From an uncultured Methanoregulaceae archaeon (GTDB lineage: Archaea; Halobacteriota; Methanomicrobia; Methanomicrobiales; Methanospirillaceae), in NCBI GenBank assembly GCA_963841015.1, contig CAWJAX010000005.1, positions 448,001-512,000 on the forward strand: 64,000 nucleotides of DNA, in the 5' to 3' direction. The position numbers and the translations under genes are program-made. Numbering within the stretch: the first letter of the stretch is position 1; each line of letters begins with the position of its first letter. Below the pieces are notes generated by a model. That model did no database searches and had not been told where the DNA came from. It worked only from the letters and a program-made list of their open reading frames with translations. Positions 61,234-64,000 of the stretch are shown piece after piece.

Positions 61234-62186
61234 CGATGATCCGTACTGAAAGAAAATATATCGAAATTCTTCGCATTCTCAAAGAACACCAGGATCCCAT
61301 TGGTGCAAAAAGGCTTTCAGAGCTTATGGCAGAACGGGGTTTTGTCCTCAGTGATCGGGCAGTTCAGTATTATCTCAGTTACCTTGATACAATGGGATTT
61401 ACTGAAAAAATCGGCAACCAGGGACGGATACTCACAAGGGCAGGACTGGATGAAACAGACAATGCTCTCGTAGATGACCGGATAGGTTTCGTCATTTCAA
61501 AACTTGAGCGATTGGCATACCGGAGTACCTTTGATCCTGCAACCAGTACCGGTGATGTTGCCTATAACCTCTCCATTGTTCCCGAGGAGTCACGGGAAAA
61601 AGTTACACTCGCATTTGATGAGGTTGTGAAAGCAGGATGCGGTTTTTTTAATTCATACCGGATTCTCGATAGTGATTCCCGTGTCCCATCCGGATCGGTG
61701 GGATTTATTACCATCTGCAGTATCTCCATGGATGGAGTTTTCCAAAGGAATGGCATCCCGGTAAGAATGGCTTATGGTGGCAGGCTTGAGATCGAACGCG
61801 GTACACCAACACAGTTCAGGGACCTGATAGGTTATCGGGGAACTACTATAGATCCACTCGAGCTTTTCATTTCATCAGGCCTCACCTCGATATCACAGTT
61901 TGCACGATCAAAATCCGGGATTGCACTGGCAAATGTCCGGGAAGTTCCCGGTTCCGCGAAAAAAAAGGTTGAAGAAACGATCCGTCTCATGAATACCTGC
62001 GGTTTTGTTTTTCCTGTTGCGATGGGTAATCAGGTCTTTAATCTGCCAAATAATCCTTTCCGCATATCGATTGTCGCTTTCAGTGGGCTGAATTATATTG
62101 GAAATACGGTGGAACACGGTATCGATATTACAACCGAAATAGGTGCCGGAAATATTCAGTTTTCAAAAGTTATGGAGATAAACTGA
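61230..62186 (+). CDS. NrpR-like regulator (wHTH plus one DUF128 domain)
   Basis: EILRIL...IGAK...RAVQYYL wHTH; TICSISMDG, YGG, YRGTTIDP. Confidence 0.85.
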   Translation: MTMIRTERKYIEILRILKEHQDPIGAKRLSELMAERGFVLSDRAVQYYLSYLDTMGFTEKIGNQGRILTRAGLDETDNALVDDRIGFVISKLERLAYRSTFDPATSTGDVAYNLSIVPEESREKVTLAFDEVVKAGCGFFNSYRILDSDSRVPSGSVGFITICSISMDGVFQRNGIPVRMAYGGRLEIERGTPTQFRDLIGYRGTTIDPLELFISSGLTSISQFARSKSGIALANVREVPGSAKKKVEETIRLMNTCGFVFPVAMGNQVFNLPNNPFRISIVAFSGLNYIGNTVEHGIDITTEIGAGNIQFSKVMEIN

Positions 62187-64000
62187 TTATTTCCAGGAAA
62201 TATCATCTTTTTTTGGAGTGTTTTTTTCCCGCTTTTTGGATGTCCTGGATGATTCCGGGACATGATCACCGCTTCCCGGTTCGCTATCAACATCCTTTGA
62301 TTCCGAAAGGTTTTTTTTCGATTTTAGATCCGTGTGAATAAGGGCTGAATCCCGTACCTGGGGGGTCGCGGGCTTCTGAACACCTTTTCCCTCAAAAATT
62401 TCATCCTTTGATTTATGCGCAGAATTCTTAATGCTGACCTTTGAATCTTCAGAATCCATTTGCCTGGAATTGACCTCATGGCGCATAATGACGGATAGAT
62501 CGTTATCATCGACAGAAAGTTCCCCATTTGGATCTTCGGGGACAGGTGAATCCTGCGTCACAGGATGCACCTTCTTTTTTTGTATGACAACCGTTCGTTT
62601 CCTGTGCACCTGATGCACGACTACATCAGGATCGGATTTCTCATGCTCTGTATCCAGGGACGTTTTGTCGATTATTACACGTTTTAATCTTTCAATTTCA
62701 GGAGTTGGTTCAGGGTGCGATGACGCGGCCGACCCTGTTTTTGGCGTACGACCAGAGATTGCCATCGTCCGCTGTCGTTGCAGTTCTCTCTCAATTATCT
62801 GCCGCTCCGTCTCTTTGGTCCTCAAACGATCATCGCTTGTACGCGGCAAATGTTTCTCATCAAACCCCCGGGAATCTTTGGAATACGAGGATTTTTTGCC
62901 CTGGGGTATTCCATGAACTGAAGATTCATGGGATGTGGAACGTGGTGCTGGATGCGCGGCTTGATCAGCATGGTCCCTGGCTACAACAACCCGATGCCGC
63001 TGTGCATGCGAACCTGACGCATCCGGGGTGCTCAATTCGCTTGCTGACCTTTGAGGAATTACCTCTTCGATAATCTGAGGTTTTGCGATGTGCCGGGGTG
63101 CGGCTTTTTTTTCAGCAGGGGCTTCCTTTATCCTGTGCGCTGAAAAGGGGAGAAAAAGAGTCTCATCTTTTGCCGTTGCTGATCCTCCTTTGACAGATGA
63201 TCCTGCATTACTGCTGATTCCAGCACCTCCAGATATGCTGATCGTATCAGAACCTGAAAGTTTTTCACCGGCAATACTATCCTGACGATTGGCTTTATAC
63301 TGAATCTGGATTTCCTTGAGTTCGGTGATGCGGGGAATATTTTCAAGCCCGGAGAGCATGATGATAATTGCCACGTTTTTGGTATTCATCACAGGATAAT
63401 CACCGGATCTCGTTTCCAGTCCGGCAATACTTCTGTCGATCCATTTACGCACCGTCATAAACCCTTTCAATGACAGCTCATGGGACGGACCCGCCACAAG
63501 AATCAATGCCTTGTGCGCGCTCGTCATGTCGCAGGGTGTGGAAATCTCGTGGTAGATCGCCTGCTTTGCAAGGTCAACAATTCGCGACGCTTTCTTAATA
63601 TGCTCATCAGCGAAAAAACCCGTCGGACGCCAGCTGGAAAGGAAACTCAATGGATTATGGGGGAGACGTTCAACCGCATACCCTATGGTAATATAACCCA
63701 TCCCTTTCATGGTATTGAGAACTTCGCCTGAGTCCAGTACAACCTCTGCAAAATCAAGCCCGCCATCCGCCTTGAATTCTCCGGCTCTCAGAATGAGGCT
63801 AATCCTCCGGACAATTCCCTCGTTGAGGAGTAAATAAGTAGCAAGTTGTGGAGAAATCTCGGGCTCACCTTTCCTGAACCCGAGTTTTTCAACCAAACCC
63901 TTCTCTTTTTTTGTCAGCGTTGATTTCTGTGCTTTGGTTTTTTTATACCATGTTTCGTTATCAAAAAGAATGATACCGTCAAGGAGGGATGTCAGCATGT
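62187..64000 (-). CDS. CetZ-like tubulin/FtsZ family protein with a long disordered tail (5' end outside window)
   Basis: FDNETW, AGE...VVLDSGEVLNT, IGYA, ALILVAGP, GDYP, LSGL..IPRI; then ~370 low-complexity residues. Confidence 0.85.
   Translation of the reverse strand, partial: MLTSLLDGIILFDNETWYKKTKAQKSTLTKKEKGLVEKLGFRKGEPEISPQLATYLLLNEGIVRRISLILRAGEFKADGGLDFAEVVLDSGEVLNTMKGMGYITIGYAVERLPHNPLSFLSSWRPTGFFADEHIKKASRIVDLAKQAIYHEISTPCDMTSAHKALILVAGPSHELSLKGFMTVRKWIDRSIAGLETRSGDYPVMNTKNVAIIIMLSGLENIPRITELKEIQIQYKANRQDSIAGEKLSGSDTISISGGAGISSNAGSSVKGGSATAKDETLFLPFSAHRIKEAPAEKKAAPRHIAKPQIIEEVIPQRSASELSTPDASGSHAQRHRVVVARDHADQAAHPAPRSTSHESSVHGIPQGKKSSYSKDSRGFDEKHLPRTSDDRLRTKETERQIIERELQRQRTMAISGRTPKTGSAASSHPEPTPEIERLKRVIIDKTSLDTEHEKSDPDVVVHQVHRKRTVVIQKKKVHPVTQDSPVPEDPNGELSVDDNDLSVIMRHEVNSRQMDSEDSKVSIKNSAHKSKDEIFEGKGVQKPATPQVRDSALIHTDLKSKKNLSESKDVDSEPGSGDHVPESSRTSKKREKNTPKKDDISWK

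Noticed and set aside
1-64000. CRISPR array, rRNA, integrase or transposase
   Set aside because: I saw no regularly spaced repeats, rRNA-like stretch or recombinase motifs, and no duplicated tRNA 3' ends (att sites) by eye.

Overview
A 64-kb, mostly core-genome segment of a hydrogenotrophic methanogenic archaeon. The gene content and the S-layer, Frh and CetZ types point to Methanomicrobiales, probably Methanoregula-like (inference). Core genes: argS (partial), aRF1, queCED, rps12-rps7-EF2, frhADGB, mptA, ilvC, aIF2-beta, rpoL, map, mdh, aEF1-beta, nadC/nadX, iorAB, cbf5, nop5-fibrillarin, thyA, an S-layer glycoprotein, AMP phosphorylase, dcd and a partial CetZ-like tubulin. RNA genes: six tRNAs and the SRP RNA. 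I found no CRISPR array, rRNA, integrase or transposase. The most notable non-core signals are two small AT-rich insertions with the same layout: intact gene, then cargo, then a stranded 3' end of a diverged allele of the same gene. One is a CCGG-family restriction-modification cassette beside the relic of an older methyltransferase. The other is a GNAT gene between two ~90%-identical copies of a phospholipase D 3' end. Other points: a possible two-start FrhG with an optional amphipathic N-terminus, structured 5' leaders (S-layer, AMP phosphorylase), a multi-hairpin intergenic element, a G-quadruplex-like tract, single-base frameshifts in the cyclophilin gene and frhA (possibly assembly errors), and a flavodoxin pseudogene. 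All family assignments come from motif recognition by eye, not database searches. I cannot claim a proven new system here.
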